DNA from: Acidobacteriota bacterium
Lineage (GTDB): Bacteria > Acidobacteriota > UBA890 > WLXD01
Assembly: GCA_963666215.2 (NCBI GenBank)
Contig: CAXWPL010000005.1
Location: forward strand, 832,001 to 896,000
Reading direction: 5' to 3'
DNA: 64,000 nt
In this document: piece after piece, positions 39,278-48,470 of the stretch
Layout: each line of letters begins with the position of its first letter
Position numbering within the stretch: the first letter of the stretch is position 1
Program-made: the position numbers and the translations under genes
The notes under the pieces: generated by a model
Seen by the model: the letters and a program-made list of their open reading frames with translations, nothing else
Told to the model about the DNA's origin: nothing
Database searches by the model: none

Positions 39278-40237
39278 CTAGTCGAAGAAGGCGACGTCGA
39301 TCCCGACGTCGCGCTCTTGGGCCCGGTCGTAGATCAGCCTTGCCAATGCAAGGTCCTGCACCGCGAGACCCGTCGAGTCGAAGAGCGTGATCTCGTCGTC
39401 CGACTCGCGACCCGCCTTTTCGCCGACAACGATCTCACCGAGCGCTGCGTAGATGCCGTCGCGCGTCAGCGTGCCCTCGTGCAAAGGGACGTTGACCTCA
39501 CCGCTGCCGCAGGCCTGCTCCCAATCGTCGAGAACGATCTTGGCGCAACTCATCAGGGCTCCCTCGACTTCTTGCTTGCCGTGGGCGTCGGCTCCCATGG
39601 CGTTGACGTGGCTGCCGGGCCGCACCCAGTCGGCCTGGACGACCGGCGTGTAGGAGGGCGTGGCGGTGCAGACGATGTCGCAGCCCGCCGCCTCGGCGGC
39701 GTCGCCCACGCGGCCACCGACCTCGTCGGCAAACATCGCGGCCGACTCAGGGTTGGCATCGCAACCGACGACCTCGAGATCGTCATAGACCACGCGTAGC
39801 GCTTGCAGCAACGTTCGCGACTGAACGCCGCAGCCCACGAAACCGGCGCTCTTGGCGTCGGGCCGCGCAAGGTACTTCGACGCCACTCCTGCCGCGGCGC
39901 CCGTGCGGATCGCGGTCAGCAGCGACGCGTCCATAACCGCCAGCGGCACGGCGGTCGTCGGGTCACTCAGAATGTACATGCCGAGCACGGATGGCAGCCC
40001 GTGACGCTCGGGATTGCGCGGGTGAGAGTTGACCCACTTCACCCCGGCGGAGTCGCCCCAGTACGCCGGCATCGCTCTGAAATCGCCGTCGAACTGCGGT
40101 AGGTCGAGGTAGACCTTCACGGGCATTTGGGTCACGCCGCGGCCGTGAGCGGCGAACGCCGCCTCGATCGAGACCACGGCGTCTTTCATCTCGACAACCG
40201 ATCGCACATCCGACTGGGTCAGCACTCGTGTCTTCAT
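39278..40237 (-). CDS. Ornithine cyclodeaminase/mu-crystallin family; archaeal-type alanine dehydrogenase-like
   Basis: MPVKVYL, GDFRAMPA, KWVNSHPxNP, RTGAA, FDSTGLAVQD. Confidence 0.88.
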   Translation of the reverse strand: MKTRVLTQSDVRSVVEMKDAVVSIEAAFAAHGRGVTQMPVKVYLDLPQFDGDFRAMPAYWGDSAGVKWVNSHPRNPERHGLPSVLGMYILSDPTTAVPLAVMDASLLTAIRTGAAAGVASKYLARPDAKSAGFVGCGVQSRTLLQALRVVYDDLEVVGCDANPESAAMFADEVGGRVGDAAEAAGCDIVCTATPSYTPVVQADWVRPGSHVNAMGADAHGKQEVEGALMSCAKIVLDDWEQACGSGEVNVPLHEGTLTRDGIYAALGEIVVGEKAGRESDDEITLFDSTGLAVQDLALARLIYDRAQERDVGIDVAFFD

Positions 40238-40349
40238 GCCGCCAGCCTAGCAAGAAGTCGCGCGAGACTCGTGCCCATCCCCCGCCAACAGAGCAGCTCC
40301 GGGGCCGACGCGCCACGCAACCGGGGGAGCCTTCTCATAAACTCGCTGC

Positions 40350-43127
40350 ATGGGAAGGCTGAGCACTCTGGTCGAGACGTGGCCCCTCGAGCGGCCGCGC
40401 ACCGTGTTATTGATCGCAGCCCTGGCCACTGTCCTCGCGGTTGTGTTGGGTGCGGGTATCGAGTTGCGGACCTCGCGCCGTGAGCTGGTTCCGTCGGGCG
40501 ACCCGGACCAGGCGCGCTACGACGCACTGCTGCGGGAATTCTCCGGTCCATCGCCCGTTATCGTCGCTCTCGAGGCCGCTGACGACGCGCCGAGAGCAGT
40601 CGATCTCGTAGCGCTGCAACAGGCTGCCGACGCCGTCGCCGCTGGGGTCGGGGCGCTGCATGAGGTCGACCTCGTTTTCCATCGATTGGACATCGACTGG
40701 CTGGTCGATCACGCCTTCTACCTCGTCAGCCCCACGGCATTGAGCTCGGCCCTCGACCAGCTCGACGAGCTGACCGGGGGGCCGCAAGAACAGCTCGAGC
40801 TCTCCGGAATCGCGGCGTTCAACGAGCTCCTGGCCGAGCGTGTCGAGATCGCCACGAACAAAGGAACGGGCATCACCGACGGCGGCCACGAGCAAGCAGC
40901 CCGACTGGCCGACGTGCTGCGCTGGGAGCACGAATGGCTCGAGCAGCCGGCCGAGGTCAGCGCCGGGCTGCCCGTCACGCTACCCATGGTCCAGGCGATG
41001 GGAGACACATCGATCACCAACGACGGCTATCTCACGAACCACGCCCACGATCTCTTGTTCCTCTTCGTCTCGCCTCGCGACGGCGCCAACGACCTGACCA
41101 CCGAGAGCAAGTTGGTGCTCGGCATCCGGGACGCAGCGCATGAGGCTCTGCGCCGCCACCCCGGCATCCGCGTGGGCCTCACCGGTCGGCCAGCGATGAG
41201 CGTCGAGGAGATGGCGGCCATCCGCCGTGACGGCCCGGTGACCTCCACGATCGCCATCATCGGCGTCGGATTGCTCTCGGCTCTGGCCTTCCGACGCCGT
41301 CGCCATGCGCTGCTCGGACTCGTGGTTCTGGCCGCCGGCGTGTTGTGGGCCCTGGGAGCGGTGCGCCTCGAGCTCGGCTATCTCAACCTCATCACCACGT
41401 CGCTGATACCGATCCTTGCTGGCGTCGGGATCGACTACGCGGTTCACCCGCTGTCGCAGTACGAGATCGAGAGGAGCGCCGGGCGTGATCAGGCAGCGCG
41501 GCGCGCGCTCGCGACAACGCGAACGCCCATCCTGGTTTCGGCCCTGACAACGTCCGCGGCCTTCTTCTGCTTTCTACTCATGGACTTCCGCGGCTTCGCC
41601 GAGCTCGGCCTGGTTGCGGGCTCAGGCGTGCTGTTGTGCTTGCTGGCCGCCATCATTGTGCTGCCCGCCCTGCTGGCGACCTTCGGCGAAAGCGACGCGA
41701 GCGCCCCTGACTCCACCGCGCGAGCGGCTTTCCTCGATCGCTTCTGGAGACCGCGACTAGCACAACTCGCGTGCGGCGCACCGGGCCTCGTGGTCACGAT
41801 CGCGGTCATCATCACCCTTCTGGCTGCGTGGGGAGCACGGGGAGTCAAGGTCAACACGGCGCTCGTCGACCTTCTCCCCGCCGGGTCGGAGTCGCTTCAC
41901 TACCTCCAGCGCTTGACCGAGGAATCCTCCCTCGGCGCATACTTCAACATCGTCCTGGCGGCGGACCTGCCGGAGCTAGCCGAGTTCGAGCGGCGCGCCA
42001 ACGCCAGCCCGTCGGTTGAGCGATTCGACACCGTGCTGCGATTTCTGCCACCCAATCCGGCCGCCGCCGAGGCGAGCGCCCACCGCGCCGCCGACCTGTT
42101 GGCTCGGATCGACGTGGAGTCAGCGGATCCGTCAGGAGACGTCGAACAAGCGCCTCTGGGTGAACAAGCAGAACAGACCGGGCGGGCAGAACAGGCCGAG
42201 CAGGCCAATCCGGGGCGGCTGGTTGCCTCGCTCCGCCGCCTCGAGGTGACGCTGGCCGACGCTGTTGAGGCGGCGTTCGTATCCGGACTCGCCGAGCTGA
42301 TCGAGCCTCTCGAGAATGCTCGTGCCGAGGCCGAGGCGGCCGCACAGCTGGTCGACGCCGCGGATGAGAGCTCGATGCTCGCCTGGCAGTCAGCCGAGGA
42401 GGTCCTACTACAACGCGCCGCCGGCTGGCTCGGCCAACTGCGCAACGCGGCCGCCGCCCGACCACCCGGCGTCGACGATCTACCTCTGCAAATCGCCGGC
42501 CGCTTCATCACGCGCTCCGGCCGCTATCTCGGCTTCCTGTACCCGAGCGGCAGCATTTTCGACCCACCAACGCTGACTGCGTTCAACGCCGCATCGCGCC
42601 AAATCAACAACGACGTCGTAGGTTTTCCGTTGATGTTCGAGGCGATGTCGGGACGCATCACGGCGGGATTCGTGCGCGCCCTGGGCGCGGCGAGCCTCGT
42701 CGTGCTGCTGTTGCTGCTGGCGCACCTGCGGCGGCTCGGAGACACGCTCATGGTGCTCGTCCCCGTGGTTGTCGGAACGATCTGGATGCTGGGTCTCATG
42801 AGGGTCTTCGAACTGAGCTTCAACCTCGCCAATCTCGTCGCTGTGCCACTCGTGCTCGGCGTAGGAATCGACAGCGGGGTTCACCTCGTGCACCGCTGGG
42901 GCGCCGAGGGACCCCGTCGCATACCAGCCGTCCTCCACGAGACCGGTCGCGGCGTGCTGATCGCCTCGCTGACCACGATGGTGGGCTTCGGCAGCCTCGG
43001 CCTGGCCTCGCACCGCGGCATGTCGAGCCTCGGAATACTGCTGGCGCTCGGTGTGTTTGCCTGCCTCGTTGCCTCGCTGGCGGTGCTGCCAAGCGTCTAC
43101 CTGCTGGCCGGGCGCGCCGAGCGCTAG
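40350..43127 (+). CDS. MMPL/RND lipid exporter (HpnN/BstA-like)
   Basis: Two halves with GVGIDYAVH and GVGIDSGVH; GFAELG, TTMVGFGSL, HRGMSSLG; next to the hopanoid operon. Confidence 0.88.
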   Translation: MGRLSTLVETWPLERPRTVLLIAALATVLAVVLGAGIELRTSRRELVPSGDPDQARYDALLREFSGPSPVIVALEAADDAPRAVDLVALQQAADAVAAGVGALHEVDLVFHRLDIDWLVDHAFYLVSPTALSSALDQLDELTGGPQEQLELSGIAAFNELLAERVEIATNKGTGITDGGHEQAARLADVLRWEHEWLEQPAEVSAGLPVTLPMVQAMGDTSITNDGYLTNHAHDLLFLFVSPRDGANDLTTESKLVLGIRDAAHEALRRHPGIRVGLTGRPAMSVEEMAAIRRDGPVTSTIAIIGVGLLSALAFRRRRHALLGLVVLAAGVLWALGAVRLELGYLNLITTSLIPILAGVGIDYAVHPLSQYEIERSAGRDQAARRALATTRTPILVSALTTSAAFFCFLLMDFRGFAELGLVAGSGVLLCLLAAIIVLPALLATFGESDASAPDSTARAAFLDRFWRPRLAQLACGAPGLVVTIAVIITLLAAWGARGVKVNTALVDLLPAGSESLHYLQRLTEESSLGAYFNIVLAADLPELAEFERRANASPSVERFDTVLRFLPPNPAAAEASAHRAADLLARIDVESADPSGDVEQAPLGEQAEQTGRAEQAEQANPGRLVASLRRLEVTLADAVEAAFVSGLAELIEPLENARAEAEAAAQLVDAADESSMLAWQSAEEVLLQRAAGWLGQLRNAAAARPPGVDDLPLQIAGRFITRSGRYLGFLYPSGSIFDPPTLTAFNAASRQINNDVVGFPLMFEAMSGRITAGFVRALGAASLVVLLLLLAHLRRLGDTLMVLVPVVVGTIWMLGLMRVFELSFNLANLVAVPLVLGVGIDSGVHLVHRWGAEGPRRIPAVLHETGRGVLIASLTTMVGFGSLGLASHRGMSSLGILLALGVFACLVASLAVLPSVYLLAGRAER

Positions 43128-43229
43128 CGGAGCCGGCGGGCTATTCTGAGCTCCTGGCGAAGCTCGGCTCACCCAGCCCTGGCGGGCTACCCCGCCCACC
43201 TGAACACCGGAATCTTCCATCACCGAACC

Positions 43230-44225
43230 ATGGCACCGCACCAGCGTCGGTTGCAACGCCTGAGCCTGCCCATGCCGCACCCCATCGCGGCCCTCGCGGC
43301 TCTGACTGTCCTGCTGCTCGCGACAAGCGCCGGGTCGACAACTCTCGGCGCGGTCGAGCCCTTGCCGCTGGTGAGCGTCGGCAAACAAGCCCGCAGCCAT
43401 CATCTCGTGGCGTGGGCGCCAGGCTATCCCGGCGATACCGCTCAGGCGCAGGAAACCATGGACGGGTTCGCAGCCCTGCTGGCGAGCGCCGCCGGCTGGG
43501 AGGCGCGACGCGTTAGCGCCGAGTATCACGAGACCGAGCAGGGCGGGCTCGAGCGGCTGGCCACCGACGCCACGCTCGCGCTCCTACCCCTGGCTCTTTA
43601 CATCAAACACGGCGAAGAGCTGCAGCTCGAGCCGCTGGCGCAAACCGTCCAGCCGTCGGGATCAGCGAAGGAGTCCTGGAGCCTGGTGGCCGCCCGGGCT
43701 CGCGTGACGGGCCCCGAGGCGCTCGACGGCTGGGAGATCAGCGGGATCCCGAGCTACGCCCCGGCGTTCGTCGCCGGCACGCTGCTCGGCGCCTGGGGAC
43801 AGCTCCCCCAAAGCGCCCGATTCGTGACGTCATCGCGCGTGCTGGCCGCCATCCGGCGAGCTCGCGCCAACGAGAACGTCGCGGTGCTACTCGACGGCGC
43901 CCAAACCGATGCCTTGTCGCGACTGCCGTACGCCGACGAGCTTGAGATCGTCGCGCGCTCGCCGGCGGTAATCTCCGGGCTTCTGGTGAGCGTCGGTGAG
44001 ATCTCGTCAACCGACTCCACGCCGTTGTTCGAGGGTCTCATGCACATCCACGAGCGTCCGGAGTCCGCAGCCGTGCTGCGGACGCTCCGATTGAAGCGAT
44101 TCGAACAGGTCGACACCGACTCACTCGCTGCGAGCATCGTCGCCTACCGGGCAGCGCTTGGCAGTGCTCTGGGTGAGCGCACTGGCGCCACGAACCCTAC
44201 TGACGCCGGTTCCCCGATACGTTGA
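43230..44225 (+). CDS. Periplasmic substrate-binding protein (phosphate/phosphonate-binding-like fold, BstB-like)
   Basis: Signal peptide; about 300 aa; lies between the RND gene and the lipoprotein gene. Fold call from overall pattern only. Confidence 0.55.
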   Translation: MAPHQRRLQRLSLPMPHPIAALAALTVLLLATSAGSTTLGAVEPLPLVSVGKQARSHHLVAWAPGYPGDTAQAQETMDGFAALLASAAGWEARRVSAEYHETEQGGLERLATDATLALLPLALYIKHGEELQLEPLAQTVQPSGSAKESWSLVAARARVTGPEALDGWEISGIPSYAPAFVAGTLLGAWGQLPQSARFVTSSRVLAAIRRARANENVAVLLDGAQTDALSRLPYADELEIVARSPAVISGLLVSVGEISSTDSTPLFEGLMHIHERPESAAVLRTLRLKRFEQVDTDSLAASIVAYRAALGSALGERTGATNPTDAGSPIR

Positions 44226-45067
44226 GGCCTTCGTTCCGCAAACCGGGTCGTCGGCCAGGACGGCGAAAGGCCGCGGCGATCGCCGGAGTTGTCGGCATGG
44301 CCGCTGGCGGTTGCGCAGCGGCTCTTCGACCGCCGCCGTCGATGGCCGATCTTGCGGGCGCGGCACCGGGCGCAGAAACGCAGACCGCTGCCGACCTGCT
44401 TGCGGAGGCGGCCCAGGCGTACGCTCGCCGCCCCGACGAAACGGCCGTGCGCCAGGCCGAACAGCTGTGGCTCCGTGCGGCCGCCGCCGATTCTAACGAG
44501 GTAGGAGGCCTGATCGGCGCCGTGCGCGCAAAGGTATGGCTGGCGAACCACCTCGGTGGCGTCGTGAATAAGGCGAGCCGCGAGGACGCGGCCGAGACGG
44601 CCGTTCAGGCCGCTCAGTGGTGCGAAGTTCGTGCCCCCGAGAACCCGGCCTGCGACTACTGGTTGGCGCTGGCGCTGGGGGTGCAGTCGCGCGAGCGCAC
44701 GTCGACCGCTCATAGCGGACTCGACGCCATGGTGGAACGCCTGCGCCGTGCGATTGAATCGAGTCCCGAGCTCGACTCGGCCGGTCCCGACCGCGTGCTG
44801 GCTCGAGTGTTGATCGACGCGCCAGGATGGCCGACGGGTCCGGGAGACCCCGATGAGGGCCTCATACACGCCCAGGCCGCGGTGGCGCGGTTTGGCGACT
44901 ACCCGCCGAACGTTTTGACGCTCGCCAAGGCTCTGGCCAAAGTCGGCCGACGCAGCGAGGCTCGGGAGCAGTATCGGCGCGCCCGTGATGAGGCCCTCCG
45001 AGGGCTCGGTGAATCGCACCCGGACGCCACCGAGTGGCTCGAGGAGGCCAACCGGGGCCTGGAATAA
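44222..45067 (+). CDS. TPR-like helical lipoprotein (TatT/BstC-like)
   Basis: Basic N-terminus, hydrophobic stretch and AGG-C lipobox; YWLALALG, AGPDRVLA, APGWPTGPGD; overlaps the upstream stop. Confidence 0.65.
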   Translation: MRPSFRKPGRRPGRRKAAAIAGVVGMAAGGCAAALRPPPSMADLAGAAPGAETQTAADLLAEAAQAYARRPDETAVRQAEQLWLRAAAADSNEVGGLIGAVRAKVWLANHLGGVVNKASREDAAETAVQAAQWCEVRAPENPACDYWLALALGVQSRERTSTAHSGLDAMVERLRRAIESSPELDSAGPDRVLARVLIDAPGWPTGPGDPDEGLIHAQAAVARFGDYPPNVLTLAKALAKVGRRSEAREQYRRARDEALRGLGESHPDATEWLEEANRGLE

Positions 45068-45318
45068 GAAGAGGCCCTGCGATGAATCGCCGCACTCGCC
45101 GCGGATACGCCGGGTCAAGAAGTCGCCGGGCTCAGGGAAGATCCTTGTGGCGTGCCGCGCACGGCTACATCTCGCCGAAAGGCTCGCGCTGCTCCACTTC
45201 GTGAACCCCGGGCGAGGTGCACAGCCGCCGAGGAAAAGTCAGCGCCGTCTCATGGTCGGTATGACCCGCATCGAACGAGCTTGCATCGGGCAGGTGGAGC
45301 AGATTGCCGGATCGGGCA

Positions 45319-46269
45319 TCAGGAAACCGCCTGCGGCACGCGCACGGCCGGTTCGCCACGGTCGAGAGCCTCGTTGAGCGACGCGACGATGGCGTAGACC
45401 TCCGCGCGGCCAATTTTTGCCCCCGCCCCTTCCCGTTGCACGAGCTCGAGCGTCGCGTTGGCGAGGCGTATAGGCAACGCGCAGAAGCCGACCAAGCCGC
45501 GCGGGCCGCCGGCGTCCTGCAGAGCCAGCGTGTACTCGGAGGCGAAACGAAGATCTTCGCGAGCCAGCTCGGTGACCATGTCGAGGCGGATCGACACGGG
45601 CAGGTACGAACGGCCCTCGCGAATGTCGAAGGCCGAATCCCGCAGGATATTGACCAACTGCAACGCCTCACCAAAGCGCGTCGCTCGGCTCCGCAGTACC
45701 CCGGCCACAGGCCGTAGGTGCTCGCGGCCGAGTAAGAAGAGCTCCGTGCTGAGCTCGCCGACGATCCCGGCCACGACGTAGCAGTACTGACGCAAATCGT
45801 CGAGATCGCGTAGCCGCAGTGCGCCATCCACCGTTCGCTCTACGAATCCCGACATCCCCTGCGCCGTCCGTATCGTGTGCTCCACGATGATCTCGCGAGC
45901 TTGCGCGTCGAGTGCCATCAGTGCCTCGAGCACCCGCGGAGTCTCGGCCAGAAGCTCCAGATAGCCGTCGTGCTCGATCGGCGCCTCAGCCGCCCAGCGA
46001 GCGCCGAGTTGCGCGGCCTCTTCGGCGCTTGGCTGCCTGAGAAGCCGGGCCAGGTTGGCCAGGGCATCCACCTGGCGCGGCGGCGTCCAAGCGGCAGCGT
46101 CTTCGAAGGTGTCGGCGATGCGGAACAGAAGATAGGCAACCCCAAGCTCTCGACGTGTGGGCTGAGGCAGCAGAGGAATCGAGAGCGCGAACGTACGGCT
46201 GGTCTTCTCGAGAAGCTCGTCGATGCGATCTCTTTGATCGATCAGATCTGTTCGATCGGGTGGGGCCAT
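45319..46269 (-). CDS. Squalene synthase (farnesyl-diphosphate farnesyltransferase, single-enzyme type)
   Basis: LEKTSRTFALSI, YLLFRIADTFED, YCYVVAGIVG, LQLVNILRD, GRSYLP. Confidence 0.85.
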   Translation of the reverse strand: MAPPDRTDLIDQRDRIDELLEKTSRTFALSIPLLPQPTRRELGVAYLLFRIADTFEDAAAWTPPRQVDALANLARLLRQPSAEEAAQLGARWAAEAPIEHDGYLELLAETPRVLEALMALDAQAREIIVEHTIRTAQGMSGFVERTVDGALRLRDLDDLRQYCYVVAGIVGELSTELFLLGREHLRPVAGVLRSRATRFGEALQLVNILRDSAFDIREGRSYLPVSIRLDMVTELAREDLRFASEYTLALQDAGGPRGLVGFCALPIRLANATLELVQREGAGAKIGRAEVYAIVASLNEALDRGEPAVRVPQAVS

Positions 46270-46467
46270 GACGCGCGCTGATGGTTCTCTTGGTCGATCG
46301 CCGATTGAGGGGAGCCCCCCGCGGGACGCCAGACGCCAGACGCCGGACACCACCACCGGCGACCCCGCCCGCGCAGCTCATTATGCCCTCAACTCGCGAC
46401 CCGAGAGGTGAGCTCGAAAGATTTGTGTACCCCGTCCGCGACCCGCGCCAGGCTCCGACAGGGCGCA

Positions 46468-47289
46468 CTACCTACGGCGAGCCGCGACGCGTGTACCCGC
46501 CTCGCGGCCGCCGGCGAGCAAAGATTCGGCGCGTCCCGGAACGCCACCGTTGCCGATCCACGACTCGATGCCGAGGTGAGCGAGGCGGAACGCGGTCTCG
46601 ACGCGATGATGCATGCCGCCGGTAACGTCGGTGGCGCCGGAGCCACCCACCTGTGCGAGCGCGCGCGCGCTCGCCCGCGAGTTCGAACCGTCCAAGTGTT
46701 CGATGAGCTCCCCCTCTCTATCCAACACGCCGTCAGTATCACCCAACCAGAGAGCCCGCCGCACCTCTTCACCCCGCCGCTGCAACGCACCCGCCAGAGC
46801 CAGCAGCACGGTCTCGGTCGAGCAGATGCAGGCACCGCCATCACGCTCGCGATCGAGCACGACGTCGCCGTAGGTAACGGGTACGAGGCCGGCCCGCAAC
46901 GCCAGCAGCAGCGGCTCCACGCGCACCGCGCGAGGTGTTCCACCCGCCGCCACGAGCGCGCTCGAAGGCGCGAACGAGAACGTCGCCACCCCCGCCGCCT
47001 GCAGCGCGGCGACGACGTGGCGATGCAGATCAGCCGCCGCGCCTTGCGTCCTCGAAATCCCCATCGGACTCGAGCCTCCGCGCTCGATCTGGTGCTCGGC
47101 GGCGACAATGTGGCCGAACGAGCCGCTGCCGTGGGAGAGCACCAGGTGCCGCGGCCGACGCCGCAGACCGCGAGACAGCTCCTCGGCCAGGCGCGCGAGC
47201 TGCGCACGACGCACGGTCCTCGGGCGCCGCTTCACGGTCACGATGCTGCCACCGAGCTTCACCAGCGTGGTGCCGCGCGCCGCCCTCAC
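46468..47289 (-). CDS. Isopentenyl phosphate kinase
   Basis: Amino-acid-kinase fold: VKLGGSIVT, HGSGSFGH (IPK signature His), VPVTYGDVV, DVTGGM; inside the MVA operon. Confidence 0.85.
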   Translation of the reverse strand: MRAARGTTLVKLGGSIVTVKRRPRTVRRAQLARLAEELSRGLRRRPRHLVLSHGSGSFGHIVAAEHQIERGGSSPMGISRTQGAAADLHRHVVAALQAAGVATFSFAPSSALVAAGGTPRAVRVEPLLLALRAGLVPVTYGDVVLDRERDGGACICSTETVLLALAGALQRRGEEVRRALWLGDTDGVLDREGELIEHLDGSNSRASARALAQVGGSGATDVTGGMHHRVETAFRLAHLGIESWIGNGGVPGRAESLLAGGREAGTRVAARRR

Positions 47290-48470
47290 AATCCACCCTC
47301 GGCGAGCAGGTCACGACGCGCTGAGCGTGGGTGAGGGCGATTGTCGCCGGCGTGATGGTCGGGCTGGTCAGGAGCGCGACCACGAGTCGAGTCGGCCTGT
47401 TCCATCGACGCCTCCAGATCCTTCGCGTTGCCGGCTTCTCGCACCGTCGGGCCTTCGCCGTCGAGCGCTCTCGGCCCCGAGCCGACCCGATCGCGAAGCA
47501 CGTCGTGTACGCCTTCAAGCTCGCCCAGAGCCTGCGCAACATCGCGCTCGTCACCAGGCTCACAAATCACGTGAACGTTGGCACCGGCGTCGAGCGTCGC
47601 GTAGGCGCCCACGCCGTCGGCACGCAAACGCCGCACCTGCTCCAGCACGCGCATCGTCGCCGGCGCCCAGTAGAAGATGGGCGGCAGCGACGACATGGCA
47701 ATCAGGTGCAGCTCGATGGCGTCCTCCTCGATGAGCGGCCCGAGGCGCGCCAGCGAGCGCTGTGAGATCGCTTCGCGGACGCCGTGCAATCGCGCGTCGA
47801 GAAGCTGCTGCCGGCGATCGAAATGTGGACTCGTGGTGGCGCGCCGGTGCCCATCCAACGACGACACCTCCTTGGCGCCCAGATCCACGAGAGCTATCAG
47901 GTCGCACAGCTCCCAGTGCGCCGCCGTCGCGATCTGCCGCGCGGCGTGATGGTCGGTGTCCACCGGCCATTCGACGAAGCCGCCAAACACCGACCGCGCC
48001 GCCGAGCCGGAGCCGCTCCGACGAACAAGAACCGAAAGCTCGCCCGCCTCGAGGTCCTCGTCGAGCTCGAGCGAGCGAACGGTCGCCAGCGTCAGCGCGC
48101 AGAAGCCCGAGGCCGACGACGCGATCCCGGCCGATGCCGGGAAGCTGTTGTGGGTGGCGACCCGGAAAGCTCCGAAGCCCCGGTCAGGGCACCTCGAACG
48201 GGCCCACGACCGTAATCGGTCGACGTGCGCCATCACTCGAGTCGCAAACGCACTGGGGGCAGCTTGCAGATCGCCGTTGTCGCTGGCGAGCCACACCTCG
48301 TCCATCGTGGACCCCGAGTCGTGCTCAACCGTGGTCACGCTCACGCACCGAGACAGCGTCATGGAGATCGACCGATTGAGCGGGATGGCCCGCGCCAGAT
48401 CGACGGCGCCCCAGTACTTGATGAAGGCGATATTCGACGGCGCTTCGACGGTCGATCGATGGACGCTCAT
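47286..48470 (-). CDS. mvaD: Mevalonate phosphate/diphosphate decarboxylase (probably mevalonate-5-phosphate decarboxylase)
   Basis: APSNIAFIKYWG, AGIASSASG, RRSGSGSAARS, TLDAGANVH. Confidence 0.88.
   Translation of the reverse strand: MSVHRSTVEAPSNIAFIKYWGAVDLARAIPLNRSISMTLSRCVSVTTVEHDSGSTMDEVWLASDNGDLQAAPSAFATRVMAHVDRLRSWARSRCPDRGFGAFRVATHNSFPASAGIASSASGFCALTLATVRSLELDEDLEAGELSVLVRRSGSGSAARSVFGGFVEWPVDTDHHAARQIATAAHWELCDLIALVDLGAKEVSSLDGHRRATTSPHFDRRQQLLDARLHGVREAISQRSLARLGPLIEEDAIELHLIAMSSLPPIFYWAPATMRVLEQVRRLRADGVGAYATLDAGANVHVICEPGDERDVAQALGELEGVHDVLRDRVGSGPRALDGEGPTVREAGNAKDLEASMEQADSTRGRAPDQPDHHAGDNRPHPRSARRDLLAEGGL

Noticed and set aside
45319-46269. Phytoene synthase / carotenoid cluster
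   Set aside because: Motifs are SQS-like and there are no desaturase or carotenoid cyclase genes; the context is hopanoid.
46325-46350. (GACGCCA)x~3 short repeat between ipk and sqs
   Set aside because: Too short and compositionally expected; no supportable function.
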